Positions 1-9,119 of a stretch of DNA of 64,000 nucleotides are shown here, piece after piece. Each line of letters begins with the position of its first letter. The stretch's first letter is position 1. Source of the DNA: Minisyncoccota bacterium (GTDB lineage: Bacteria; Patescibacteriota; Minisyncoccia; Phycocordibacterales; UBA9973); contig JBAYHW010000005.1 of NCBI GenBank assembly GCA_041665925.1, positions 13,819 to 77,818 on the forward strand, written 5' to 3'. The translations under genes were made by a program, and so were the position numbers. The notes beneath the pieces are model-generated. The model was not told where the DNA came from, searched no databases, and saw only the letters and a list, made by a program, of their open reading frames with translations.

Positions 1-1
1 A

Positions 2-118
2 GATACCTTAGTCGGCTTGATTGAGCCAGTAATGATAGTGGTTTTAGGGTTGGGCGTTGGGATATTGCTCGTTTCTGTATTAATGCCGATATATAATATG
101 GCTGGAAGTATCAGTTAA
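2..118 (+). CDS. pilC: Type IV pilus assembly platform protein PilC/GspF, C-terminal fragment (5' truncated by the window edge)
   Basis: Frame 2 translates to ...DTLVGLIEPVMIVVLGLGVGILLVSVLMPIYNMAGSIS*, which matches the conserved GspF/PilC C-terminal helix (EPxxIxxLGxxVG...LPIY). It sits directly upstream of pilin genes. Confidence 0.7.
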   Translation, partial: DTLVGLIEPVMIVVLGLGVGILLVSVLMPIYNMAGSIS

Positions 119-233
119 TGCCTGTGGATAACTTAGTTGTGTATATGTTATATAATATAGACATTAAAAATAAGTCGAGATTATTTATTAATTATTAATA
201 ACTTACCCTGTTACGGGGTGAAAAGAATTTCTT

Positions 234-695
234 ATGAAGAAAATGAATAAAGGTTTTACGTTGATTGAACTTTTGGTGGTCGTTGCTATAATCGGTATTT
301 TGGCGTCAGTTGTTTTGGCTTCCCTAAATACAGCACGAAGTAAGGGCAAGGACGCTTCTGTTCAAGCAAGTATGTCTTCTATGAGGGCACAAGCAGAACT
401 TGGAGTTAGCTCATCTGGTACGTATCTTGCAGATCTTTGTACTGCATCAGGTGTTGGCTCCTTGACTACTTTAATTACTGCAGTGAATGCAAGTACAGCT
501 AATGATGTTGTTTGCGGACAAAATACAGCAGCTGGGGTTGGGCCTACTGCATGGGGCGCATCTGTACAATTGCCAAGCTCTGAGGGAGGTACGGCTTCTT
601 TCTTCTGTACAGACAGTACTGGATTTGCTGGAGTTGTTGGAGCAACCGCAACAGTTACAGCTGGAGCTTCCAGTGGAGACGTAGCTTGTAACTAA
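234..695 (+). CDS. Type IV pilin, probable major pilin (153 aa)
   Basis: N-terminus MKKMNKG|FTLIELLVVVAIIGILASVV has a class III prepilin signal: G at -1, F at +1, E at +5. Cys residues near the C-terminus suggest a disulfide loop. A Shine-Dalgarno GGGGTGA lies upstream, and a strong hairpin lies immediately downstream. Confidence 0.85.
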   Translation: MKKMNKGFTLIELLVVVAIIGILASVVLASLNTARSKGKDASVQASMSSMRAQAELGVSSSGTYLADLCTASGVGSLTTLITAVNASTANDVVCGQNTAAGVGPTAWGASVQLPSSEGGTASFFCTDSTGFAGVVGATATVTAGASSGDVACN

Positions 696-721
696 ACATT
701 TCTAGGAACTCATTGTTTTAC

Positions 722-759
722 ACAGACAAAAACCACCCGTAAAGGTGGTTTTTGTCTGT
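722..759 (+). terminator. Perfect 16-bp stem-loop (ACAGACAAAAACCACC-CGTAAA-GGTGGTTTTTGTCTGT) followed by a T-rich run
   Basis: Seen directly in the sequence. The position right after the first pilin gene is typical for major-pilin stoichiometry control (terminator or attenuator). Confidence 0.7.
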
Positions 760-813
760 GTATTTGGTACAATTAATTAATTAAAAGGCATTATAAAATT
801 AATAGTAAAAGTT

Positions 814-1347
814 ATGAATAAATTAAATATTAAAAAAGGTTTTACCTTGATTGAGCTTTTGGTTGTGGTGGCCATTATTGGTATTTTAGCCACCTTAATT
901 ATGGCTTATTTAGGTGGTGCTAAAAATAAGAGTAGTGATGCAAAGATAATGGCACAAGTCGGACAGATGACTGCTCAGGGATTTTTATATAATGGTGAGA
1001 CAAGTACTGGTACTGTTGTTGGTCCAGTAAACACTGGCATAGCTGGAGCAGCAGCCAATGGTACAGCACCTGCGCAATTATTTAACGCAACAACAACTTC
1101 TTTAAGTAGCTTATATCTTTTAGCTAATGAATTACCAGGAGGTACATATATTTATTATGGTTGGGATGGGGTTGATGTAAATAGTGGGGGGAAGTGGTTT
1201 TTTGCAGCTTCGCTTTCGACTGGAGCATTTTGCAATGACAATAAGGGTACGAAAAAAGTTTTTGTTGGGGCTTCGCCGACGATTCTATCTGATTTTACAA
1301 CTGCATTTCCTAATGCTACGGCTAGCGATGGATATCGTTGTGATTAG
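814..1347 (+). CDS. Type IV pilin-like protein (177 aa), second pilin paralog
   Basis: N-terminus KKG|FTLIELLVVVAIIGILATLI has the prepilin cleavage/methylation motif with E+5. Confidence 0.85.
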   Translation: MNKLNIKKGFTLIELLVVVAIIGILATLIMAYLGGAKNKSSDAKIMAQVGQMTAQGFLYNGETSTGTVVGPVNTGIAGAAANGTAPAQLFNATTTSLSSLYLLANELPGGTYIYYGWDGVDVNSGGKWFFAASLSTGAFCNDNKGTKKVFVGASPTILSDFTTAFPNATASDGYRCD

Positions 1348-1360
1348 TTAAAAGTTAAAT

Positions 1361-2152
1361 ATGATTTCAATCCTTACAATTATCTTTTTCCTTTTTGGGC
1401 TCATTATTGGGAGCTTTCTAAATGTGGTTATATTTAGACTAAATACAGAGAAATCTTTCGGAGGGAGGAGTGGTTGTATGGTTTGTAGGCATCAACTTTC
1501 TTGGTATGAGCTTATTCCTATTTTGAGTTTTGTATTTCTTAGAGGTAGATGTAAAAACTGTAAAACTAAAATATCAATTCAGTATCCACTAGTAGAGCTT
1601 ACGACTGGAATTATCTTTGGAGCTCTTTTTTTAAAGTTTCAGGATGTTTTCTTTTTCAGCAATACAGTTATCTTTAGTTTTACCTATGCGTATTATGCAG
1701 TGATGTTTGCTTTGCTTATAGTTATTTCAGTCTATGACTTGAAACATAAAATAATTCCAGATACCCTGTCTCTCATTTTCGGTATTCTAGCTTTTGTCGG
1801 ACTATTTTTATTTTCTAATTATATTTTCTTCCTCCACACACCTTCACTTCTAGAATTCCTTTCGGGGCTATACATAGCCGTACCGTTTGCTTTGTTTTGG
1901 TTGGTATCTGGGGGGAGGTGGATGGGGCTTGGAGATGCCAAGCTTGCCATAGGGCTCGGGTGGTTGCTAGGGCTCTCTGCTGCTCTGTCGGGGATAGTGG
2001 TTGCTTTTTGGGTCGGAGCTGTCGTCGGGATTATGTTAATTATTTTTTCCAGAAAACACGGAATGAAAAGCGAAATTCCATTTGCCCCATATTTAGTTCT
2101 CGGAGCATTATTAGCCTTTCTTTTTGAGCTAAGTATTTTCCCAATTTTTTAG
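1361..2152 (+). CDS. pilD: Prepilin peptidase (A24 family, PilD/GspO)
   Basis: Polytopic membrane protein carrying the N-terminal tetracysteine zinc motif CMVCRHQLSWYELIPILSFVFLRGRCKNCKTKI, plus conserved A24 core motifs. Confidence 0.85.
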   Translation: MISILTIIFFLFGLIIGSFLNVVIFRLNTEKSFGGRSGCMVCRHQLSWYELIPILSFVFLRGRCKNCKTKISIQYPLVELTTGIIFGALFLKFQDVFFFSNTVIFSFTYAYYAVMFALLIVISVYDLKHKIIPDTLSLIFGILAFVGLFLFSNYIFFLHTPSLLEFLSGLYIAVPFALFWLVSGGRWMGLGDAKLAIGLGWLLGLSAALSGIVVAFWVGAVVGIMLIIFSRKHGMKSEIPFAPYLVLGALLAFLFELSIFPIF

Positions 2153-2159
2153 AGAATAG

Positions 2160-2801
2160 ATGAAGAAATTAAATAAAAAAATAAAGACAAATAGGGGAAT
2201 GACTTATGTAGAGCTAATAGTTGTTCTGTCTATTTTTTCGGTGTTGTCTTCGGTGGCGATATTTAATTACGGAGATTTCCAAGCTAGAGTTGATATTAAA
2301 AATTTAGCGAGTGACATAGCTATAAAAATTGTAGAGGCACAAAAAGCTTCCTTAGGCGGAGCACTACCTTTATCTTTTGCCCAACAATCTACCGATCCCA
2401 ACTGGAAACCATCTTATGGAATTCACATAACATCTAATGCCACTTTAGATATTGCTGGAGCTAACGATAAAAACTTTATATATTTTACTGATATTGATAG
2501 CGATAAACTATTTACGGGCGATGGGCCAAATTGTAATGGAGAATGTTTAGATTATATTTCAATAACCAAAGGAGAATACATAGAAAAAATAGAAAAGGTA
2601 TTAGGAAATGCCTATACTCCAATTGCAAATACAGACGCACTTACCATTACCTTCACAAGACCAGATGCGAGTGCAGTTTTTAGTGATTCATTGGGTATAT
2701 TGTCTGGTTTTGATTATGTGAAAATAACCCTTTCCTCGGCCAACCAGCGAGTCAAAGCATCCATAAGAATATATCCATCAGGGAGAATACAGATAGATTA
2801 A
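2160..2801 (+). CDS. Prepilin-type minor pilin / pseudopilin (213 aa)
   Basis: N-terminus NRG|MTYVELIVVLSIFSVLSSVAIF has E+5 and a hydrophobic alpha1 helix. Confidence 0.75.
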   Translation: MKKLNKKIKTNRGMTYVELIVVLSIFSVLSSVAIFNYGDFQARVDIKNLASDIAIKIVEAQKASLGGALPLSFAQQSTDPNWKPSYGIHITSNATLDIAGANDKNFIYFTDIDSDKLFTGDGPNCNGECLDYISITKGEYIEKIEKVLGNAYTPIANTDALTITFTRPDASAVFSDSLGILSGFDYVKITLSSANQRVKASIRIYPSGRIQID

Positions 2802-2803
2802 TT

Positions 2804-3394
2804 ATGAAGAAAATTTTTCCAAAACTGAACAAAAAACAAAGCGAGGGCTATACAATAATTGAAACCATGATAGCGGTTTCTCTTTTTGTGATCATAGTTA
2901 CAGTAGGAATGAATGCACTTTTGAATGCTAATGTACTCCACAATAAATCTCAAGACATGAGATCTATTATCGACAGTTTAAGTTTTGCAATGGAAGATAT
3001 ATCGAAAAATTTAAGAACTGGGTATGATTATCACTGTATCGACGACGGGGACCTTGCACTTATAGATTCCCATAGTTGTATTACGGGAACTGGCATTTCT
3101 TTTAAATCTTCGTCGGGGTTGCAGTTTATATACTATTTAGAGAGTGGAGCTTTTGGGGATAATATTTTTAAATCAGTTGCTGGAGACCCAGCAGTTCAGC
3201 TACTTCCAGATGAGGTTGTCATAGATTCAGTCGATATTTTTACGGTATCTGGGGCGCAGTCTACAACAGCACCAACTCCTGATTTTAATCAACCTTTCGT
3301 CACTATCAGACTCGAGGGTCACATAGACTATAAAGACACCTCTACGCCGTTTTCTTTACAAACTTCAGTTTCTCAAAGAGGAATAGATATTTAA
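2804..3394 (+). CDS. Prepilin-type minor pilin (196 aa)
   Basis: N-terminus SEG|YTIIETMIAVSLFVIIVTVGMNALL has E+5. Confidence 0.75.
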   Translation: MKKIFPKLNKKQSEGYTIIETMIAVSLFVIIVTVGMNALLNANVLHNKSQDMRSIIDSLSFAMEDISKNLRTGYDYHCIDDGDLALIDSHSCITGTGISFKSSSGLQFIYYLESGAFGDNIFKSVAGDPAVQLLPDEVVIDSVDIFTVSGAQSTTAPTPDFNQPFVTIRLEGHIDYKDTSTPFSLQTSVSQRGIDI

Positions 3395-3395
3395 A

Positions 3396-3842
3396 ATGTT
3401 AAAAATTTTTTCAAAAAAAAATAAAGGCGGATTTACTCTAGTGGAAACACTTGTGGCTATTTCAATTTTTACAGTCTCTATTCTCGGGCTTATGTCTATT
3501 TTATCTTCTGGAATTTCTAGTACTACTTATGCTAAAAATAAAATGATTGCCGGGTATTTAGCACAAGAAGGAATAGAGTATGTGAGAAATATGCGCGATA
3601 CTGCCGCACTCACGGCAGCAGATGCTGACACTGGGTGGGCTAACTTTAAAACTAGCGTTGCTCCACCTGCGTTACCTCCTGTATTAAATAGCCCAGATAC
3701 TTATTTTACTCGCATCTTATCAGTGGAAACCACTACTAACCCGGACGAACTCAAGGTTACCTGTGTTGTTTCTTGGACTCAACCTTCCGGTCCTCAAAGC
3801 GTAACCTTGTCAGAGAATTTATTTAATTGGATACAGATATGA
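3396..3842 (+). CDS. Prepilin-type minor pilin, PilV-like (148 aa)
   Basis: N-terminus NKGG|FTLVETLVAISIFTVSILGLMSIL. The stop TGA at 3840-3842 overlaps the next gene's ATG. Confidence 0.75.
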   Translation: MLKIFSKKNKGGFTLVETLVAISIFTVSILGLMSILSSGISSTTYAKNKMIAGYLAQEGIEYVRNMRDTAALTAADADTGWANFKTSVAPPALPPVLNSPDTYFTRILSVETTTNPDELKVTCVVSWTQPSGPQSVTLSENLFNWIQI

Positions 3843-5689
3843 TAATAAAAAATACACAACAAAATAGAGGGTTCGTGATTCTCTTTGCGGTAACCATTGC
3901 GGCGATTCTTTTAACCATAGCTTTAGGTGTGGCCAACATTGCGCAAAAAGAAATAAAATTTAGTACTTCAGCTAAAGATACCAATGAAGCTCTTCTTTCG
4001 GCAGATACCGGTATTGAGTGTGCACTTTTATACGATAAAAATAATGCTTTCCCCATCGGCGGACCAGCAAAACCCCTTACTTGTGCTTCATCTAATATTA
4101 TTCCTGTATTTTCAAGATCGGCTACTGTTGGTTCCTACGATTTTTATATTTCTGGGGTAGGTAATAATATAAAAAATTGTGTCAAAGTAAATGTTACTAA
4201 AGATAGTGCTGCTGTTTCCGCTACGGTAAGAACAACAATAACTTCTAAGGGTTATAACAACAGTGATCCAGGTTCTATAAATTGTGAGTTAGTTAATCCT
4301 GAAAATGTTAACGAGCGTGTTCTCGAAGTGACATACAATACCGGAGATTCTCCAAGCGCTCCTCCATCCACTGTTCCAGTTTGTGATACTACCTTCCCTA
4401 ATGATAAATTTAATGTTTGTTATTTTGCTTTTACTCCTACTGCCGGCGATCCTCCAATTGCTGAACCAATTACAGACGGGACAACTCCAATATTATATAG
4501 TCAGTATCCTGACCCACTAGCAACTAGTGTTGGGTCGTCATCAAGTCCAGTAGGAACTTGGGCAGGTTTTGACCATGATTGGGGAGCTTCACCTCTAGAT
4601 AATGCTATTTCTCCAACCAGTCAAAATAATGAAGTTACTGCTATATGGCGAGGGCGGATAAATTTTAAGGCGGGGACCTATACCTTTAGAACTACTTCTG
4701 ATGATGGAGTTCGTTTAAACGTAGAAGGCGTTGACGTTATTAACAATTGGACTCTTCATGGTATAACCGGGGACAGTGCTTCGGTGACTTTTCCTACTGC
4801 TGGTTATAGAAATGTCCAATTGAGTTGGTTTGAGCATACCGGAGGAGCACGAATTAGATTTAGGTGGGACTATTCAGCTACAGGAATAGGTAGTGGTGGG
4901 GATATAACAAATTCGGGAGGATATACTATCCACACATTTAAGAATAGCGGAACATTTACTGCTCCAAGTACTGTATCTTCTGTTGAAGTTCTTGTGGTGG
5001 GGGGCGGTGGCGGTGGCGGGAAAAGACATGGAGGAGGAGGGGGAGCAGGAGGAGTAATTTACAACGGTTCTTATAGCGTTACTCCAGGTCTAAGTATTCC
5101 CGTGACTGTCGGTGGAGGCGGAGCAGGTGGCATTGAACAGGTTATTGAATCGGATAAAGGAGGACAGCCCGGAGGGGATTCTATTTTTGGAACACTTACA
5201 GCTAAAGGAGGTGGAGGGGGAAGAACGTACGGTCCAGGAGGAACCTCTGGAGCTGGAGGATCTGGCGGAGGAGGCTCAGGGATTTCTCCCGATGCTCGGT
5301 TGGGTGGAACAGGGACATCTGGGCAAGGTAAGAATGGGGGGTCTGGTAGTTCTTCAACGTCAAGTGGAGGTGGTGGTGGGGGTGCGAGTGCATTAGGGGG
5401 AACTGGCGGTACTAATGGCGGAAACGGTGGGGCCGGGTTGCCATATTCTATTTCTGGTTTATCGTTGTATTATGGCGGCGGCGGCGGCGGCGGGAGTGAG
5501 AATGTTGGTGGAAGTGGTGGATTGGGTGGAGGTGGACATGGGGGTGACCAAGGAGGAACAGTAAACCAAACCGCTGGTAGCCCTAATACAGGAGGGGGGG
5601 GTGGAGGGTCTCGAAGTATTATTCCAGAGACAGACAATGGCTCTGACGGTGGGTCTGGTGTTGTAATTATTCGTTACCCTACTCCTTAA
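3839..5689 (+). CDS. PilX-N-like giant minor pilin/tip protein with a PA14-like domain and a long glycine-rich C-terminal tail (about 616 aa)
   Basis: The ATG at 3839 overlaps the previous stop. N-terminus QQNRG|FVILFAVTIAAILLTIALGVANIA resembles the PilX N-terminal pseudopilin helix, which lacks E+5. The central block AIWRGRINFKAGTYTFRTTSDDGVRLNVEGVDVINNWTLHG...VQLSWFEHTGGARIRFRW matches the PA14/GLEYA beta-sandwich signature. The C-terminal 250 aa are runs of GGGGxGG. The ORF track starts at the in-frame TTG at 3827, but the ATG at 3839 is preferred. Confidence 0.7.
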   Translation: MIIKNTQQNRGFVILFAVTIAAILLTIALGVANIAQKEIKFSTSAKDTNEALLSADTGIECALLYDKNNAFPIGGPAKPLTCASSNIIPVFSRSATVGSYDFYISGVGNNIKNCVKVNVTKDSAAVSATVRTTITSKGYNNSDPGSINCELVNPENVNERVLEVTYNTGDSPSAPPSTVPVCDTTFPNDKFNVCYFAFTPTAGDPPIAEPITDGTTPILYSQYPDPLATSVGSSSSPVGTWAGFDHDWGASPLDNAISPTSQNNEVTAIWRGRINFKAGTYTFRTTSDDGVRLNVEGVDVINNWTLHGITGDSASVTFPTAGYRNVQLSWFEHTGGARIRFRWDYSATGIGSGGDITNSGGYTIHTFKNSGTFTAPSTVSSVEVLVVGGGGGGGKRHGGGGGAGGVIYNGSYSVTPGLSIPVTVGGGGAGGIEQVIESDKGGQPGGDSIFGTLTAKGGGGGRTYGPGGTSGAGGSGGGGSGISPDARLGGTGTSGQGKNGGSGSSSTSSGGGGGGASALGGTGGTNGGNGGAGLPYSISGLSLYYGGGGGGGSENVGGSGGLGGGGHGGDQGGTVNQTAGSPNTGGGGGGSRSIIPETDNGSDGGSGVVIIRYPTP

Positions 5690-5707
5690 TTAGAATTTAT
5701 TTCTGCT

Positions 5708-7804
5708 ATGGAAAAAGAGAGAGTTAAAAACCGAATAAAAAAATTGCGGGCGGAGATTGCGCGGTTACGGGGAGAGTATCATATCAAGAATGCCCCAAAC
5801 GTGACGGATGACGTCTATGATTCTTTGACCCGGGAGCTCAAGAGTCTACTGAAAGAATTTCCAGAATTTGAAGATGCTAATTCTAAAGAAAACAGAGTGG
5901 CCGGAAAGCCATTGGATAAATTTGTAAAAGTAAAGCATAAAAACAGGATGCTTTCTTTGAACGATGCTTTCAGTGAAGAAGAACTTAAGGATTGGGAAAA
6001 AAGAATTAAAAAATTACTGGTCGGAGACACAAAGTTCAATTATTTTTGTGAGGTAAAATTTGATGGTTTGGCCGTGTCGCTTATTTATGAAAATGGAAAA
6101 TTTATAAAAGGTGCTACGAGGGGGGATGGATTTGTCGGAGAAGACATAACTCAAAATTTAAAAACAATTCATTCTATACCGCTTGAACTTAAAAGTCCTT
6201 ACCCGAAATATGTTGAAGTTCGTGGGGAAGCAGTAATGTCTAAAAAGACTTTAGAAAAATTAAATAAAATAAACGAAAAAGAAGGTAAAGTCTTATTTGC
6301 TAACACCAGAAATGCAGCTGCTGGGAGCTTGCGTCAGCTCGACCCCAAGCTCGCAGCCGAAAGAAGCTTAGACTTCTTTTCCTATGATATAGCTGAAATT
6401 TCTGAAGACGAAAAATTAATTACGCATTCTGACAAGCATAAGTATCTAAAAAGCTTAGGTTTCCCCGTAGATAGTCATGACGCAGTATGTAAAAATTTAG
6501 GAGAAGTCACTTCTTTTATTAAAAAATTTGAAAAAATTAGGGCGGGATTTGCGTATGGCACAGATGGAGTCGTTATCTCAGTAGATGATTTAAGATTACA
6601 AGAAGTGCTAGGGGTAGTAGGTAAGGCCCCTAGGTATATGTCTGCCTTTAAGTATCCAGCCGAGAGGGCTACTACAGTGGTGAAAGATGTGAAAATAAAT
6701 GTTGGGCGCACTGGCGTGCTTACTCCGCTCGCCATATTTGAGCCCACGCTTGTAGCGGGCTCTATGGTGGGCAAGGCGACCTTGCATAACATGGATCAGA
6801 TAGAACGCTTAGATTTACGTATTGGAGACACTGTGGTTATAGAAAAAGCAGGGGATGTGATTCCGAAAGTGGTGGAAGTTTTAACTCGGATGCGTACCGG
6901 AAAAGAGAAGAAAGTAAAAATGCCGACAATTTGCCCTGTTTGCACTTCACCGGTTCAGAAAATTTCTTCGCGCTTAACCCTAAAGGGCTCCGACACGACT
7001 CAGAAATTTTCCAAACCCGCTACGCAATCAGTGGCTTACTACTGCAGTAATCCTAAGTGTCCGGCAAAAAATGAACGATATTTAGAACATTTTGTTTCTG
7101 TTTTTGAAATATATGAGTTGGGGCCGAAAATTTTAAGACGTTTTAAAGACGAGGGACTTATCACTGATGCTGCAGACTTATTCTCACTGACTAAAGATGA
7201 TTTTACTACTTTGAAAGGCCTGCCCCGTAGGAAGTCGCAGACTTTCCTGTCGGGGTTCGGCGACAAGTCAGCACAAAATATAATCAACGAGATAAACCAC
7301 AAGAAGAAAATTCCATTATCTAAATTTTTATGGGCTCTCGGGATATTGCATGTGGGGGAGGAAACAGCACGAGATCTAGCTGTCCATTTTGGCACATTAG
7401 AAAAATTAACAATTTCAGCACAAAATCACGGAGAAGAAATTGATAGTATAGAAAATATTGGTCCGGCAGTTTTGAAAAGTGTCACCAACTTTTTCAATGA
7501 TAAAAGTAATTTGAACTTTATTAAAAAATTAGAAAAAAATGGAGTAGTAGTAGAAAAAGCAGAAAAAAAGAAAGCGGGGAAATTTTCAGGCATGCTTTTT
7601 GTTCTCACGGGCACACTTTCTACTATGTCTCGCGAAGTAGCGAAAGAAAAAATCTTGGCACTAGGTGGTAAAGTTTCCGGATCCGTTTCTAGAAATACCA
7701 ATTATGTAGTAGCAGGGGAAGAACCTGGTTCAAAACTTGTTACAGCTCAAAAATTAGGAGTAAAAATACTGAGTGAGAAAGAATTTTTAAATTTCCTAGT
7801 ATAG
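5708..7804 (+). CDS. ligA: NAD-dependent DNA ligase
   Basis: Adenylation motif CEVKFDG (KxDG), OB/zinc-finger/HhH regions and a C-terminal BRCT (GxxFVLTG...KLG). 698 aa. Confidence 0.93.
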   Translation: MEKERVKNRIKKLRAEIARLRGEYHIKNAPNVTDDVYDSLTRELKSLLKEFPEFEDANSKENRVAGKPLDKFVKVKHKNRMLSLNDAFSEEELKDWEKRIKKLLVGDTKFNYFCEVKFDGLAVSLIYENGKFIKGATRGDGFVGEDITQNLKTIHSIPLELKSPYPKYVEVRGEAVMSKKTLEKLNKINEKEGKVLFANTRNAAAGSLRQLDPKLAAERSLDFFSYDIAEISEDEKLITHSDKHKYLKSLGFPVDSHDAVCKNLGEVTSFIKKFEKIRAGFAYGTDGVVISVDDLRLQEVLGVVGKAPRYMSAFKYPAERATTVVKDVKINVGRTGVLTPLAIFEPTLVAGSMVGKATLHNMDQIERLDLRIGDTVVIEKAGDVIPKVVEVLTRMRTGKEKKVKMPTICPVCTSPVQKISSRLTLKGSDTTQKFSKPATQSVAYYCSNPKCPAKNERYLEHFVSVFEIYELGPKILRRFKDEGLITDAADLFSLTKDDFTTLKGLPRRKSQTFLSGFGDKSAQNIINEINHKKKIPLSKFLWALGILHVGEETARDLAVHFGTLEKLTISAQNHGEEIDSIENIGPAVLKSVTNFFNDKSNLNFIKKLEKNGVVVEKAEKKKAGKFSGMLFVLTGTLSTMSREVAKEKILALGGKVSGSVSRNTNYVVAGEEPGSKLVTAQKLGVKILSEKEFLNFLV

Positions 7805-7807
7805 GGG

Positions 7808-7892
7808 CGGAGGGTAGGAGATTCGAACTCCTGGTGGATTGCTCCACACACGCTTTCCAAGCGTGCGCACTAGACCGCTATGCGAACCCTCC
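7808..7892 (-). tRNA. tRNA-Ser (anticodon GGA), class II with a long variable arm
   Basis: The reverse complement folds as acceptor GGAGGGT/ACCCTCC, a 3-bp D-stem, anticodon stem CACGC/GCGTG with loop UUGGAAA, a long variable arm, and T-arm AGGAG-UUCGAAU-CUCCU with discriminator G. Confidence 0.85.
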
Positions 7893-8015
7893 AATATTCT
7901 TAATTTACACTATTTTCCCTAAAAAGCTAGAAATAAGCTTATGTCTTGTAATATTTTGACGGATGGAACGACTTAAACAGTAAGGGCTTATCAGTAATTT
8001 CGTTTTTAAAAATAT

Positions 8016-9119
8016 ATGAATTATATACACAAATTTTTACCTTCAATAATAGTAATAGTCTTTTCATTTTTAGTTGTTTCGTCTGTCGGGGCAGTCACTA
8101 ACTCACCCAGCCTGGGGATGGCAAAGACATACGCTGTATTAAGCAGTACATACACCAACACTAGTGCTGGAACCGTAATCAATGGGGACGTTGGATTTAC
8201 TACACCACCAGCCGTTGCCCCTTTAGGGACGCATCTAAATTATGGCTGGCTAGCTCCGTATGCAGTGGCTGGGACAGATCAGGCTACAGCTCTTTCTTCT
8301 TTAACTTCGGAAGGTTGCACTTTTAATTTTCCTGGAGGAGCTATAAATTTATCTACAGATACTACACATGGACCGATAGGTGTATATACTCCGGGTGTGT
8401 ATTGTAGTACTGGAGCAATGGATATAGGAGGACCTTTAAGTTTAAATGGGAACGGAACTTATGTTTTTAGAACAGGTGGTGCACTTACTTCTACTGTGGG
8501 AGCTATCGTTGCATTAAATGACGGAGCATCTGCTTGTAACATATTTTGGATTCCCACTGGGGCGACTACGCTTGCCGCAAACACTACATTTTTTGGAAAT
8601 ATTATAGACGATGCGGGAATTACAGTAGGAGCAAATTCTACTATATTTGGAAGGTTGTTAGCTTTTGCTGGCACTGTAACAACAGATACTAATACTATTA
8701 CAGTTCCAACATGTTCTTCTGGCGTTAATGGGACAATAGGCGGTGGAATACCTTCTCCAGTAAATGGAACAATAGGTGGAAATGTCGGTGGAGGTGGAGT
8801 AAATGGAACAATAGGTGGAAATGTCGGTGGAGGTGGAGTAAATGGAACAATAGATGGAACAGTTGGAGGGTTTGTGAGTGGAACTATTGGCGGAATAATT
8901 GATGGAACATCAGGAGGGGGTGGGGGCGGAAGTAGTAGCGGTAGCAGAAGTAGCGGTGGCGGGAGCGTCTTGGGAGCTAGTACTGGTGGCAATTCGCCTG
9001 GACAAGTCTTAGGAGCCTCTACAGAAAATGTTCCCGGTTTTCCTAACACCGGATATGCTCCTGAAATAAGATATGATTTTATTCAAATTTTCACTCAAAT
9101 GGTCTTGGCTCATATTTAG
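8016..9119 (+). CDS. Secreted ice-binding-like (DUF3494) fold protein with tandem Gly-rich repeats and a C-terminal FPNTG sorting-like motif (367 aa)
   Basis: Signal peptide, then YAVLSSTYTNTSAGTVINGDVGFTTPP...IFGRLLAFAGTVT, matching the DUF3494/IBP beta-helix family pattern. This is followed by 39-bp tandem repeats encoding VNGTIGGNVGGGG. The C-terminus ...VPGFPNTGYAPEIRYDFIQIFTQMVLAHI overlaps the downstream sortase gene. Confidence 0.7.
   Translation: MNYIHKFLPSIIVIVFSFLVVSSVGAVTNSPSLGMAKTYAVLSSTYTNTSAGTVINGDVGFTTPPAVAPLGTHLNYGWLAPYAVAGTDQATALSSLTSEGCTFNFPGGAINLSTDTTHGPIGVYTPGVYCSTGAMDIGGPLSLNGNGTYVFRTGGALTSTVGAIVALNDGASACNIFWIPTGATTLAANTTFFGNIIDDAGITVGANSTIFGRLLAFAGTVTTDTNTITVPTCSSGVNGTIGGGIPSPVNGTIGGNVGGGGVNGTIGGNVGGGGVNGTIDGTVGGFVSGTIGGIIDGTSGGGGGGSSSGSRSSGGGSVLGASTGGNSPGQVLGASTENVPGFPNTGYAPEIRYDFIQIFTQMVLAHI
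8761..8856 (+). repeat. Tandem 39-bp repeat (2.5 copies) encoding the VNGTIGGNVGGGG unit inside the IBP-like gene
   Basis: Exact copies at 8761-8799 and 8800-8838, then a partial third copy. Confidence 0.85.

Noticed and set aside
5112-5396. 94-aa and 63-aa ORFs on both strands inside the Gly-rich tail of the PilX-like gene
   Set aside because: Low-complexity GC-rich repeat DNA is open in several frames. They are nested within a coherent long ORF.
8459-9049. 196-aa Pro-rich ORF on the minus strand
   Set aside because: It is the antisense reading of the Gly-rich tandem repeats (GGN codons read as NCC give Pro). It lies inside the well-supported IBP-like gene and has no start or SD context.
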